Source: a virus
Virus record (IMG/VR): IMGVR_UViG_3300017589_000061
Coordinates: 32,001-96,000 of that record
Direction: 5' to 3' (one strand)
Length of the DNA stretch: 64,000 nucleotides
Shown here: in pieces, positions 55,663 to 64,000 of the stretch
How the letters are laid out: the number at the start of each line of letters is the position of its first letter
How positions within the stretch are numbered: position 1 is the stretch's first letter
Notes under the pieces: model-generated
Told to the model about the DNA's origin: nothing
Seen by the model: the letters and a program-made list of their open reading frames with translations, nothing else
Databases searched by the model: none
Program-made: the position numbers and the translations under genes

Positions 55663-57788
55663 ATTAAGGTAAGGAGGTGGCAAAGTGCCAATATTAAGAA
55701 ATTGGAAGGTATTAGAATATTATTCAAGCGTACATTTAGAGAAGGTTCAATATTTGACAGGGCAAGTTTTTAATGACACAAGATTCGCTGATGGAACAGA
55801 AATAAGAACTTCAATATTAAAAGAATTTGGTGGTGGATTTGCAAAGACACAAAATACTACATACATATTAGAATAAGATTATATTAAAAAGGAGAATAAG
55901 ATGTTTAATTTAGAGGAATTACAATGTATTAAAGAAAAATTTTCAAATGAAAATCTAGTCGATGACACAAATAATTATAACAAAACTATTGCAAAAAAAT
56001 GCCAAGTATTGATAAACAAGGCTCAAAATTGCAAAGAAAAGCTTTATTCATTTTATTGGGACTGTGGTAGACAAGGAGAAGTAGAAGGATTATTTAAGGC
56101 AACAGAAGAAGAAATAAATAGAGCCATAGGGCAACAAGTATATTTTGGAGAGATACTAGGCAAACATAGTGAAGTATATGGGACATTAGATGAAGGTGAT
56201 ATTACTTTGGTGTCAGATGATTCCTTGATAGTTTCAAATTCTGCCGAAAGTGGATATAACCCTTTAAACTATGTTAGATTTATATGTTCGGTTTGTGGAG
56301 AAAGACTTAGTATAGAAGAATTTGATGACTTAGAAAATATGATTTGTGATTATTGTGCTAAAGAACAGGATCAATAAAAAAGATATAAAATAAAACTTTT
56401 ATATGAAAGGAGTAAAATTTTGGATAACGCAAAAAAGTTACAACAATCCATAAAAAGAAAGACTGTGCTTCGAGAAACATTACATAATACTACAGGATAT
56501 AAAGTTAAAGAATGTGAAGTAGAGTATATTGGTAAAGGATGGTATAGTTTTAATTTGGACGGAAACGAGTTTGAATGTAAGTGGAGTAGTTCACCAATTC
56601 TAAAAGATAGAAATAAGGCAATGTTTTGGTTTAGAAATAATTCTATATTGGAACAAGCAGGATATTGTTATGAGTATGGAATAGATGTAGGTAGAGTAAA
56701 ATATGCAAGTTCATTATATTTTGGATTTGGACACAGTATTATAAACTGTTTATGGGTATTGGGAGAAGTTTTAGAAAAGAAACCAAGTTATGATTATCGG
56801 TAGTTAAAATTTTAGTTTTATAAGAAGGGAGTAAATTATGGGAATGTATACAGGAATAAGATTTAAAGGATATGTAAAACCAGAATTTAGAGAAGATTTT
56901 GGAAATATTGCATTAAATGGTGAGTGGAAAAGTAGTAATGACAACACTATACGATCTTTTAGTAGTTTTTATAGGGCTTCATTTATACCATGTGGAAGTT
57001 TGTCTTATATGCCCGATGAATGGGAATCACACGACGATAAATATAAGGAATATTCGGGTGAATGGTTTGATTCTGCAAAAGATACAGATGGATTTAATAG
57101 AACATGGAATAAAGAAACAGGATATTGGACATTTCAATGCAGTTTAAAAAATTATGAATCTGAAATTGAAGCATGGTTTGATATATTACCACACTTCATA
57201 GAAAAAATTGAACATTTAGAATATTTTTATGAAGAATGGGATTATAGTTGTAGATATGACCTGATTGATAGTGAAATAAAGTGCATTGATACAGAATTTA
57301 TTAAATATGATAGGTAAATAGGGTAATAAAACTAAGTTTTTATAAGAAAGGAGAATGAGATGAATAAAGATTTGTTTTTAAAAATTGTAGCAAGTATGGG
57401 TGAAGATGATTTAGAAGATTTTTCTTATAAACATGATGGTAAAATTTATGGATTTTATGGAGTAGATGAAGATAATTGGGAAGATGAAGGTAAATATCAA
57501 TACAAAACTGAATCGGGTGTATTGATTGAAATGGATGAAAAGTATCATGAGATTCAACGTTTTGATTATGGCGTTTCTCGTAGCGTTCAAAGAAGTGGAT
57601 CATATTTTTCAGACTATTATTATGACTATGAACCATACGATGCTTATGAAATTGTGGAAGAATTAATTCCAGAAGTTATTATTCCAGCACATACAGAAAA
57701 TAAATGGAAAATATTAAACAACTAAAACACACATTTTATTAAGTGTTTTATATAGATTAAAAATTAAATTAAAAAGAGAGGTAAAAGA

Positions 57789-58712
57789 ATGAGTAAAGAA
57801 TTACAAAAAAAAACCCGAGGAAACATTGCAATTACAGGTAGAATTGTCGGATTAAACAACAAAGAAATTAGATCAACGAATTGGATAAAAGAATTGAAAT
57901 TTGGCGTAATGACAACCAAAGACAATATGGTTTATGTTCAAGTAATGGGTTTTAATAAAGCAGATGACGATGATATATTAGTTGAATTTCAAGATGAGGA
58001 TAAGAAAAGAACAATTAAAAAAGTTCCATATGGTGATAGATTTTTTCTTGAAGAAGGAGAAACGGTAATAGGGACTAAGATTAAAAAATCTCCAGATGGT
58101 CAGGTTGAAGCATTCGTAGATGTAGATAGTGTTCAGGTAATAAAAGATAACTTTAAAGATGGTGACGTTGTTACAATAGTTGCAAATGCTGAAGCAGATA
58201 CATATTATCAGGGATTAAAATTTAATATCAACAGAATTTATGCAAGCTCAAAAGAGATGGATTTTGAAAAGGGCAATTTTGAAGAAGAAAATCATGGTCG
58301 ATTATGGGTAGCTTTTGCTGGGATAGAAAATGAAAAAGTAAATGGATTTATATTTGACAGAAAAGACGAAGGTGTTAAATTAGAATTTGATTTAGATACT
58401 AAATATATATCTGTTGAAGATTTTGCAGAATTTGAGCAAGGTGCGATAATTCAGTTGGAATATGAATACGTGAAGAATCCTATCTATGAAGATGTAGAAG
58501 TTGAAGAAAAAAAGGATGAGCCAAAATTTAAACCAAAGGGCAAATATGCCAGTGAGGTTAACAATAGCGGTGGTGGGCGTAGGTTTCCACAAATTACGGG
58601 CTATACTGAGAAGTTAGTATGTACTGGTATTAGTAACTTAAATACTGAAGAAGTGATAGATTTAACGCCTTATTTATCAATAGCTGATTCAGAAGAGGAT
58701 ATACCTTTTTAA
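57789..58712 (+). CDS. Putative single-stranded DNA-binding protein
   Basis: Beta-rich (OB-like) sequence, acidic C-terminal EEDIPF tail, heads the replication operon. Confidence 0.65.
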   Translation: MSKELQKKTRGNIAITGRIVGLNNKEIRSTNWIKELKFGVMTTKDNMVYVQVMGFNKADDDDILVEFQDEDKKRTIKKVPYGDRFFLEEGETVIGTKIKKSPDGQVEAFVDVDSVQVIKDNFKDGDVVTIVANAEADTYYQGLKFNINRIYASSKEMDFEKGNFEEENHGRLWVAFAGIENEKVNGFIFDRKDEGVKLEFDLDTKYISVEDFAEFEQGAIIQLEYEYVKNPIYEDVEVEEKKDEPKFKPKGKYASEVNNSGGGRRFPQITGYTEKLVCTGISNLNTEEVIDLTPYLSIADSEEDIPF

Positions 58713-58762
58713 GATTGATAAATTAAGTTAAAAGTGAGATATTATAATAAAAGGAGAATTAT

Positions 58763-59428
58763 ATGGGTGAAGAAAAAGTTTTAAAAAAGGATATTGAAAA
58801 GGAAGTTAAATTAGAGGATATTTCAAAATTAAACTTATTTTCAAAACTACAAAATGTACGTGCAGAATTATCAAGAACAGAGTTGACAAAAAGTGCTAGA
58901 AATGACTTTAACAAATATAATTATTTTGAACTTTCGGACTTTCTACCTACTATCAACGAATTATGTGCAAAGTATCATGTTTTTACATACTGTGATATAA
59001 ATTCAGACATTGCCAGAATTACAGCAGTTGATTGTGATAATCCAGAAATGGTATTTACTTTAACTATGGATTCTGCTGAAGTAGAACTCAAAGGGATGAA
59101 CAAAATTCAAGGAATCGGAAGCCAAAATACCTATATGCGTCGATATTTGTACATGGCTTTGTTTGAAATTTCTGAAACAGATGAAGTTGACGCAGATACA
59201 GGTAAATCAGAAAAATCACAAAAAGCTAAAAGTTCTAAAAAGGATAAAGCACCTGAAGATGACAAGAAAACAAAAATGAAACAATTGTGTACTTCATTAT
59301 CAGCTGATGGGCGTAACAAAGATGTTGTAGATATTTTAACTAATCGTGCTAAAGTTAAAAACCCGAATTCCATTACAGATGAAAAAATAATCGATGAAAT
59401 AATTAAAGATTTGGAAGCCCTTAAATAA
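58763..59428 (+). CDS. ERF-family single-strand annealing protein
   Basis: KSARNDFNKYNYFELSDFLP, IQGIGSQNTYMRRY. Confidence 0.88.
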   Translation: MGEEKVLKKDIEKEVKLEDISKLNLFSKLQNVRAELSRTELTKSARNDFNKYNYFELSDFLPTINELCAKYHVFTYCDINSDIARITAVDCDNPEMVFTLTMDSAEVELKGMNKIQGIGSQNTYMRRYLYMALFEISETDEVDADTGKSEKSQKAKSSKKDKAPEDDKKTKMKQLCTSLSADGRNKDVVDILTNRAKVKNPNSITDEKIIDEIIKDLEALK

Positions 59429-59457
59429 GGGTTTCCTTCACAACGGGAGGTGATTAA

Positions 59458-59961
59458 ATGGCTGAAAAATCTTATAAATGTCCATATAAAAATTGTGACA
59501 ATTTAGGAATTGCAGTCAATCCAATTAAATACAAAAATAGATATTATTGCGAGGATTGTTTAAATAGATTAATGGATGATTTAAAACAGAAAAAAGAAGA
59601 AGATAAAGTAAAAAGACGTAATGTGGAATTACGTAAAAGGATAATGGAAACTGCACTTGAAATTTTACCGAAAGAGATACCAAGTTTAATTAATAAGGCT
59701 ATTAGCCAATGGGTCGATTTGGGTTATTCAATGGAATATATATTATACACATCAGAATACATAAGATTAAACAAGTGTATACTAAATCATTTTTATGGGG
59801 TTCGATTTTACATGAATAAAGATGAAGTTAAAAACACTTATAAAAACTTAAAATTAAAGCACAAGTTAAAACAAATGGAAAATCAAGAGTTTGAAATAAG
59901 CGATGAAATAGTTGAGTTTAGACCAGTACAAGGAAATAGCAATTGGAGTGATTTAATTTGA
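59458..59961 (+). CDS. Zn-finger protein, possible helicase loader
   Basis: CPYKNC...YCEDC; overlaps the helicase start. Confidence 0.45.
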   Translation: MAEKSYKCPYKNCDNLGIAVNPIKYKNRYYCEDCLNRLMDDLKQKKEEDKVKRRNVELRKRIMETALEILPKEIPSLINKAISQWVDLGYSMEYILYTSEYIRLNKCILNHFYGVRFYMNKDEVKNTYKNLKLKHKLKQMENQEFEISDEIVEFRPVQGNSNWSDLI

Positions 59962-61349
59962 CGGGATATAAAGCTGAAGAAGTTAAAGTATTTGAACGAG
60001 ATAATAAAGTTGAATTACCGAGAGATGATAATAGTGAAAGGGGTGTTTCAGCCACCCTAATTAGCCACCCAACATACATATTTAAAAGTGATTTTCTTAA
60101 ACCAAAGAATTTTATAAATAAAGAATTGGGGGCGATTTATTATATTGTAGGGGAGTTAACTAAAAAAGGAATAAAAGACATAGATACATTTACAATATTG
60201 ACAGAAATTGAAAATAATCCACCAGTAGAAAAGATATTTAAGACTGCAAATATTAAAAATTTAGCAGAATTTTTAGATGATATACAATTATTATCAAGAA
60301 ATACCGTAGAAGAATATGAATTATTAGCTAAAAACATACTTTCTGCATCTTTTAAAAGAGATAGTTATATTAAATTACACATGATGTCTAAAGAGATTCT
60401 TGACAGCACAGAAGATATTAACACAGTTAATTATAAAATGCAGAATGATATTTCTAAATTTGCGAGTATATACATATGTAACAAAGAAATTAAAACATTG
60501 GGTGAAAGGGCAGATGAAATTTGGGCAGGTATACAAAAGAAAAGAGCAACTGGTTTTTTTGGTTATCCAAGCAAATTTTCAGAACTCAACAAATTTACAA
60601 CATATGAACCAACTGAATTAGTGTTGATTTGTGCGTCCTCAAAAGTGGGTAAATCTCAGGTATTAATGAACGAAGCATTGCATAAGTCAGCAAATGGAAT
60701 CCCTACTCTTTACATTGATACAGAATTATCTACTGAAAATCAATTTTTAAGAATATTAGCTAATCTTACTGGAATTGAAAACAGAAGAATTAAAGAGGGT
60801 AAAACAACATCAGCAGAAGAATTGCTAATACAAGAGAAAATTAAATTCATTAAAAAATTACCATATACACATATTTACACGCCGAACATAAATATGGATG
60901 AAGTTTTTATGACTGCTAAGCAATTAAAAATTAATTCAGGGTTACAATTCATATGTTTTGATTATATAAAATATACTAATTCATTAACGAATGAAAAAGA
61001 ACATCAAGCTTTAGGATCAATAACTGATAAACTAAAAAATGCAATTTGTGGTGAACTTGATTTAGCTGGTTTAGGTTCAGCCCAACTTGACCGACTTGGA
61101 ACTAAAATAAGCGATTCGGCAAAAGTTGAAAGATACGCCTCTACAATTTGCTATCTACATAGAAAAACACAAGAGGAAATAGCTAGAGATGGCAAAGAAT
61201 GTGGGAATATGAAACTAAGCGTTAGTTTTAACAGAAATGGTGGAATGACAGAAGAAAATGAATATATTAATTTATCTATGATTGGCGATTTATGTAGAGT
61301 GTTGCAAGCAAAAGTACCATTTACAGCAGTAGAACAACCATTCGATTAA
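59958..61349 (+). CDS. DnaB-like replicative helicase
   Basis: ASSKVGKS, YIDTEL, FDYIK, SAQLDR, NRNG. Confidence 0.88.
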   Translation: MTGYKAEEVKVFERDNKVELPRDDNSERGVSATLISHPTYIFKSDFLKPKNFINKELGAIYYIVGELTKKGIKDIDTFTILTEIENNPPVEKIFKTANIKNLAEFLDDIQLLSRNTVEEYELLAKNILSASFKRDSYIKLHMMSKEILDSTEDINTVNYKMQNDISKFASIYICNKEIKTLGERADEIWAGIQKKRATGFFGYPSKFSELNKFTTYEPTELVLICASSKVGKSQVLMNEALHKSANGIPTLYIDTELSTENQFLRILANLTGIENRRIKEGKTTSAEELLIQEKIKFIKKLPYTHIYTPNINMDEVFMTAKQLKINSGLQFICFDYIKYTNSLTNEKEHQALGSITDKLKNAICGELDLAGLGSAQLDRLGTKISDSAKVERYASTICYLHRKTQEEIARDGKECGNMKLSVSFNRNGGMTEENEYINLSMIGDLCRVLQAKVPFTAVEQPFD

Positions 61350-61360
61350 AGGAGAATAAT

Positions 61361-62395
61361 ATGATTAGTGGAATTGAATTAAAAAGAATGTTATACGATG
61401 AACCTAATCTAATTAAGAAACTTTTAGAAAGTTTTGGTTGTAGACACATACATAAATCAAACAAGAGGATATCTTCCACAAGACCAGATGCAGATGCTAG
61501 AAATAGAAATTCTGTAAATGTAATTCTAAATGAAACATTGAATGCTAAAATATATACAAGACAATCGGAATTTGAGCAATATGAGATTCAAGATATAATC
61601 TCTTTAACACAATTTTTTCTCAAATGTTCATTTGAAGATGCTATAAATTACATATGTTCCACTTGTGGAATTGAAAATAGTGGAACATATGTAAAACAAG
61701 AAGAAAATGAAACGGTTTCTTTTCTAAAGAAATATAAGCGAATAATCAAAAATGAAACCGTGACAGAAGATGTAATTTTAGACGATAAAATACTAGATTT
61801 ATTCGTTCATGCTCCATGTAAGATATTTACCGATGATGGGGTTGATATTCTTACGCAAGAATTTTGGGGTGTGGCGTATGATATTTTAACAAATAGAGCT
61901 GTGTTCCCAATAAGAAATTACACTGGTGGGATAGTGACTTTTAAAGGTAGAACACTTGAAATAAATTTTAAATTATTAGGAATTCCTAAATACTATGTTT
62001 ATTTTGAAGTGGAAACGAGTCATATTTTGTTCGGTGAATGGGAAAACAAAGATTATATTAAAAATGCAGATTATATTATAGTAGTTGAATCGGAAAAAAG
62101 CGTAATGAAATTGTGGCAAATGGGATATAGGAATTGTGTAGCTATAGGAAGAAAATCAATTAGTAGGCAACATAGAAATAAACTTTTAGCATACGGTAAG
62201 CCACTTGTAATAGCATTTGACAATGATGTTAAAGAAAAAGAATTGCAGATTATATCAAGAATGTTTAAAGGGTTAATTCCTGTAAGCTACACTTTAGATA
62301 GATTTAATTTACTAAAAGAAAAAGATAGTCCATGTGATAATGGTTTACGTATATTTGAAGAATTATTAGAAACAAGAATAGAATTTAAGGAGTGA
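61361..62395 (+). CDS. DNA primase (TOPRIM)
   Basis: FPIRN, KGRT, PKY, VVESEKS, AFDND. Confidence 0.88.
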   Translation: MISGIELKRMLYDEPNLIKKLLESFGCRHIHKSNKRISSTRPDADARNRNSVNVILNETLNAKIYTRQSEFEQYEIQDIISLTQFFLKCSFEDAINYICSTCGIENSGTYVKQEENETVSFLKKYKRIIKNETVTEDVILDDKILDLFVHAPCKIFTDDGVDILTQEFWGVAYDILTNRAVFPIRNYTGGIVTFKGRTLEINFKLLGIPKYYVYFEVETSHILFGEWENKDYIKNADYIIVVESEKSVMKLWQMGYRNCVAIGRKSISRQHRNKLLAYGKPLVIAFDNDVKEKELQIISRMFKGLIPVSYTLDRFNLLKEKDSPCDNGLRIFEELLETRIEFKE

Positions 62396-62399
62396 TTAA

Positions 62400-64000
62400 G
62401 TGCAAATAAAAGTTTTAAATCCAGAATTAGACACAGATAATTTTCTTGAGAATATATTTTTCAACAAAGGAATTTATGACATAGAAGGTTTTTTAAATTT
62501 AGATAAATCAGTTTTGGAAAACCCAGAAAACTATGACAATATGGAAGAAGGATATTTATTATTAAAAAATAATTTAGAAAACAAAATAGGATTGCTTGTA
62601 GACTGTGATCCAGACGGATTTACCAGTGCAAGTGTAATTTATTTATACATACAGAAATTAAATCCATCTACTACAATACAAACATTTTTCCATAGAGGTA
62701 AAAAACATGGTTTAACAGATGAAAGGGTAGTATACGAAATATTAAAGAGTGATATTAATTTATTAATTATGCCCGATGCAGGAAGTAATGATTATGAACA
62801 ACATAAAAAATTAAAAGATAAAGGAATTGATATTCTCGTATTAGATCACCATGAAGCTGAAAAATATAGTGAAGATGCGGTAGTTATTAATAATCAATTA
62901 TCAAATAAAGTTAAAAATAAACAACTTAGCGGAGTTGGTATAGTTTATAAATTTTTACAATATTACGACAAGAAAGAAAAAACTAAATATGCTAATGAAT
63001 ATTTAGATTTAGTTGCATTGGGTAATATTAGTGATTCAATGAGTACACTATCTGAAGAAACTAGGTTTTTGTGCCTAGAAGGATTAAAAAATAAAAATTT
63101 ATCCAATGGGTTATTTACTGAATTACTTGATAAATATGTAAAAGATGAAGTTAACATGATGAATGTTGCGTGGAATCTAACTCCAAAGGTGAATGCTATA
63201 ATACGTTCAGGAACACAGAAAGATAAAGTTGAATTATTTCAAGCTTTTATAAATCCAACAGAGCAGATTAAATTCAAAAAGAATAGCAGAACAAAAGAAG
63301 AAATAGTTGATTTATCTACAAAGATTACGGCAATTTCAGAGCAATTAAAGAAGAAACAAGACACTGAAGTTAAAGAAGGTATGGTACTTGTAGAAGATAA
63401 AATTGACGATACAAAGAAAGTCATTATTATTGAACTAGATGACGAAGAATTAGATAAGTCATTTACTGGTTTAGTGGCAAATAAATATGTAGCAATTTAT
63501 AATCGACCTGTTATATTACTTCAAAAATCAAAGAGAAATACATATACAGGAAGTGTTAGATGCCCAGAATTAGTTTATGATATTGAAAATTTTAAAGATT
63601 TTATAAAAGAGAGTGATTTATTTATTAGCTGTGAAGGTCATCCAAGTGCCTGTGGCTGTGAAATAAAAGAAGAAAATGTTAAATTGTTTAGTGAATGGAT
63701 AGAAGATAAATTAAAAGATAAAGAAGTTAGTGTTGGTGGAATTTATGAAGTTGAAGGAATAATTTCTGCCGATGATTTAGAAGAAGATTTTGTTAAAGAA
63801 GTTGGCAATTATTCAAAGATTTGGGGAACTGATTTGCTTGAACCGTTATTTTTAATTGAAGGTGTTAAGATTAATTCCAGTGACATTAAAATGGTGTTTA
63901 ATAAAACAATTCTAACTTTTGAGTATAATTACATTCAATACCAAAAAAGATATTGCAGTAGGGTTTTTAGAGAACGATTAAATGTTGATGGTGATGAAGA
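62400..64000 (+). CDS. recJ: RecJ-like DHH ssDNA exonuclease (3' end beyond window)
   Basis: GTG start after AAGGAG; VDCDPDG, PDAG, LDHH, SGVG, GSVR, GHPSACG. Confidence 0.88.
   Translation, partial: MQIKVLNPELDTDNFLENIFFNKGIYDIEGFLNLDKSVLENPENYDNMEEGYLLLKNNLENKIGLLVDCDPDGFTSASVIYLYIQKLNPSTTIQTFFHRGKKHGLTDERVVYEILKSDINLLIMPDAGSNDYEQHKKLKDKGIDILVLDHHEAEKYSEDAVVINNQLSNKVKNKQLSGVGIVYKFLQYYDKKEKTKYANEYLDLVALGNISDSMSTLSEETRFLCLEGLKNKNLSNGLFTELLDKYVKDEVNMMNVAWNLTPKVNAIIRSGTQKDKVELFQAFINPTEQIKFKKNSRTKEEIVDLSTKITAISEQLKKKQDTEVKEGMVLVEDKIDDTKKVIIIELDDEELDKSFTGLVANKYVAIYNRPVILLQKSKRNTYTGSVRCPELVYDIENFKDFIKESDLFISCEGHPSACGCEIKEENVKLFSEWIEDKLKDKEVSVGGIYEVEGIISADDLEEDFVKEVGNYSKIWGTDLLEPLFLIEGVKINSSDIKMVFNKTILTFEYNYIQYQKRYCSRVFRERLNVDGDE

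Larger units (their letters stand above)
40144..57725 (+). other. Second array of ~55 short co-oriented accessory ORFs
   Basis: RBS-bearing small ORFs, many bounded by ATAAAA-N6-TTTTAT sites. Confidence 0.75.
512..57739. repeat. Dispersed 18-bp junction palindrome ATAAAA-N6-TTTTA(T/A), ~49 copies
   Basis: Manually located copies listed in findings. Confidence 0.9.
14..58735. repeat. Polar motif RATTA(A/T)ATTAAAA, >30 copies oriented with transcription
   Basis: Minus strand in left arm (e.g. ~14, 4511, 6137, 6476); plus strand elsewhere (e.g. ~9661, 17405, 34155, 36250, 39793, 46492, 55615, 57761). Confidence 0.8.
1..64000. mobile_element. Large SPbeta-like temperate phage / phage-plasmid (partial), probably clostridial
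   Basis: No housekeeping genes; dense small ORFs with Firmicute RBS; helicase-primase-RecJ block and recombinase/DGQHR/dead-recombinase trio as in SPbeta; plasmid ParA/Rep module; phage-borne SpoIIID. Confidence 0.85.

Noticed and set aside
17696-57739. Junction repeats as a CRISPR array
   Set aside because: Repeats are gapped 18-mers separated by whole genes of variable length; no cas genes seen.
512-57739. Junction palindromes as intrinsic terminators
   Set aside because: A 6-bp all-A/U stem is too weak, there is no U-tract, and the fixed 6-nt gap plus phased partner motif fit dsDNA protein binding better.
2538-63424. Antisense/overlapping ORFs in the track (e.g. 2538-2867, 12920-13111, 14944-15285, 15332-15661, 20883-21125, 33268-33531, 35214-35465, 47347-47613, 50183-50473, 57340-57636, 59131-59373, 62963-63157)
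   Set aside because: Shadows of real genes on the other strand or frame, without RBS and with atypical composition.
1-64000. tRNA/rRNA genes, virion structural genes, IS transposases
   Set aside because: None recognised by eye; tRNAscan was not run.

Overview
Very AT-rich 64 kb segment of a large temperate phage or phage-plasmid of a spore-forming Firmicute, most likely Clostridia, with an SPbeta-like gene order. From left to right: (i) a leftward arm of small accessory genes plus a ParB-domain gene; (ii) a plasmid-type maintenance module (ParA, partner, Rep-like protein, iteron/DnaA-box origin); (iii) an SF2-helicase-like gene and an FtsK + replication-relaxation-like operon; (iv) a ~2 kb non-coding hub with a dif-like site, a perfect parS, operator-like arrays and an rrn-type boxA; (v) ~40 kb of short co-oriented ORFs interrupted by MazF, a lytic transglycosylase, a tyrosine recombinase / DGQHR(DndB-like) / dead-recombinase trio (yopP-yopQ-yopR-like), SpoIIID and three DNA methyltransferases; (vi) the replication operon (SSB, ERF, DnaB-like helicase, primase, RecJ). 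The most striking unexplained signal is about 49 copies of an 18-bp palindrome, ATAAAA-N6-TTTTAT, each with a different spacer, sitting at accessory-gene junctions and often containing the upstream stop codon. Ten copies are paired with a second palindrome, GTTGAAATTTCAAC, at exactly 22 or 12 bp. This suggests an integron-like gene-cassette system in a phage, although a repressor/nucleoid-protein operator array is not excluded. The early region also carries two pistol ribozymes, one hammerhead ribozyme and a family of long intergenic hairpins. All calls are by eye; no database searches were run.
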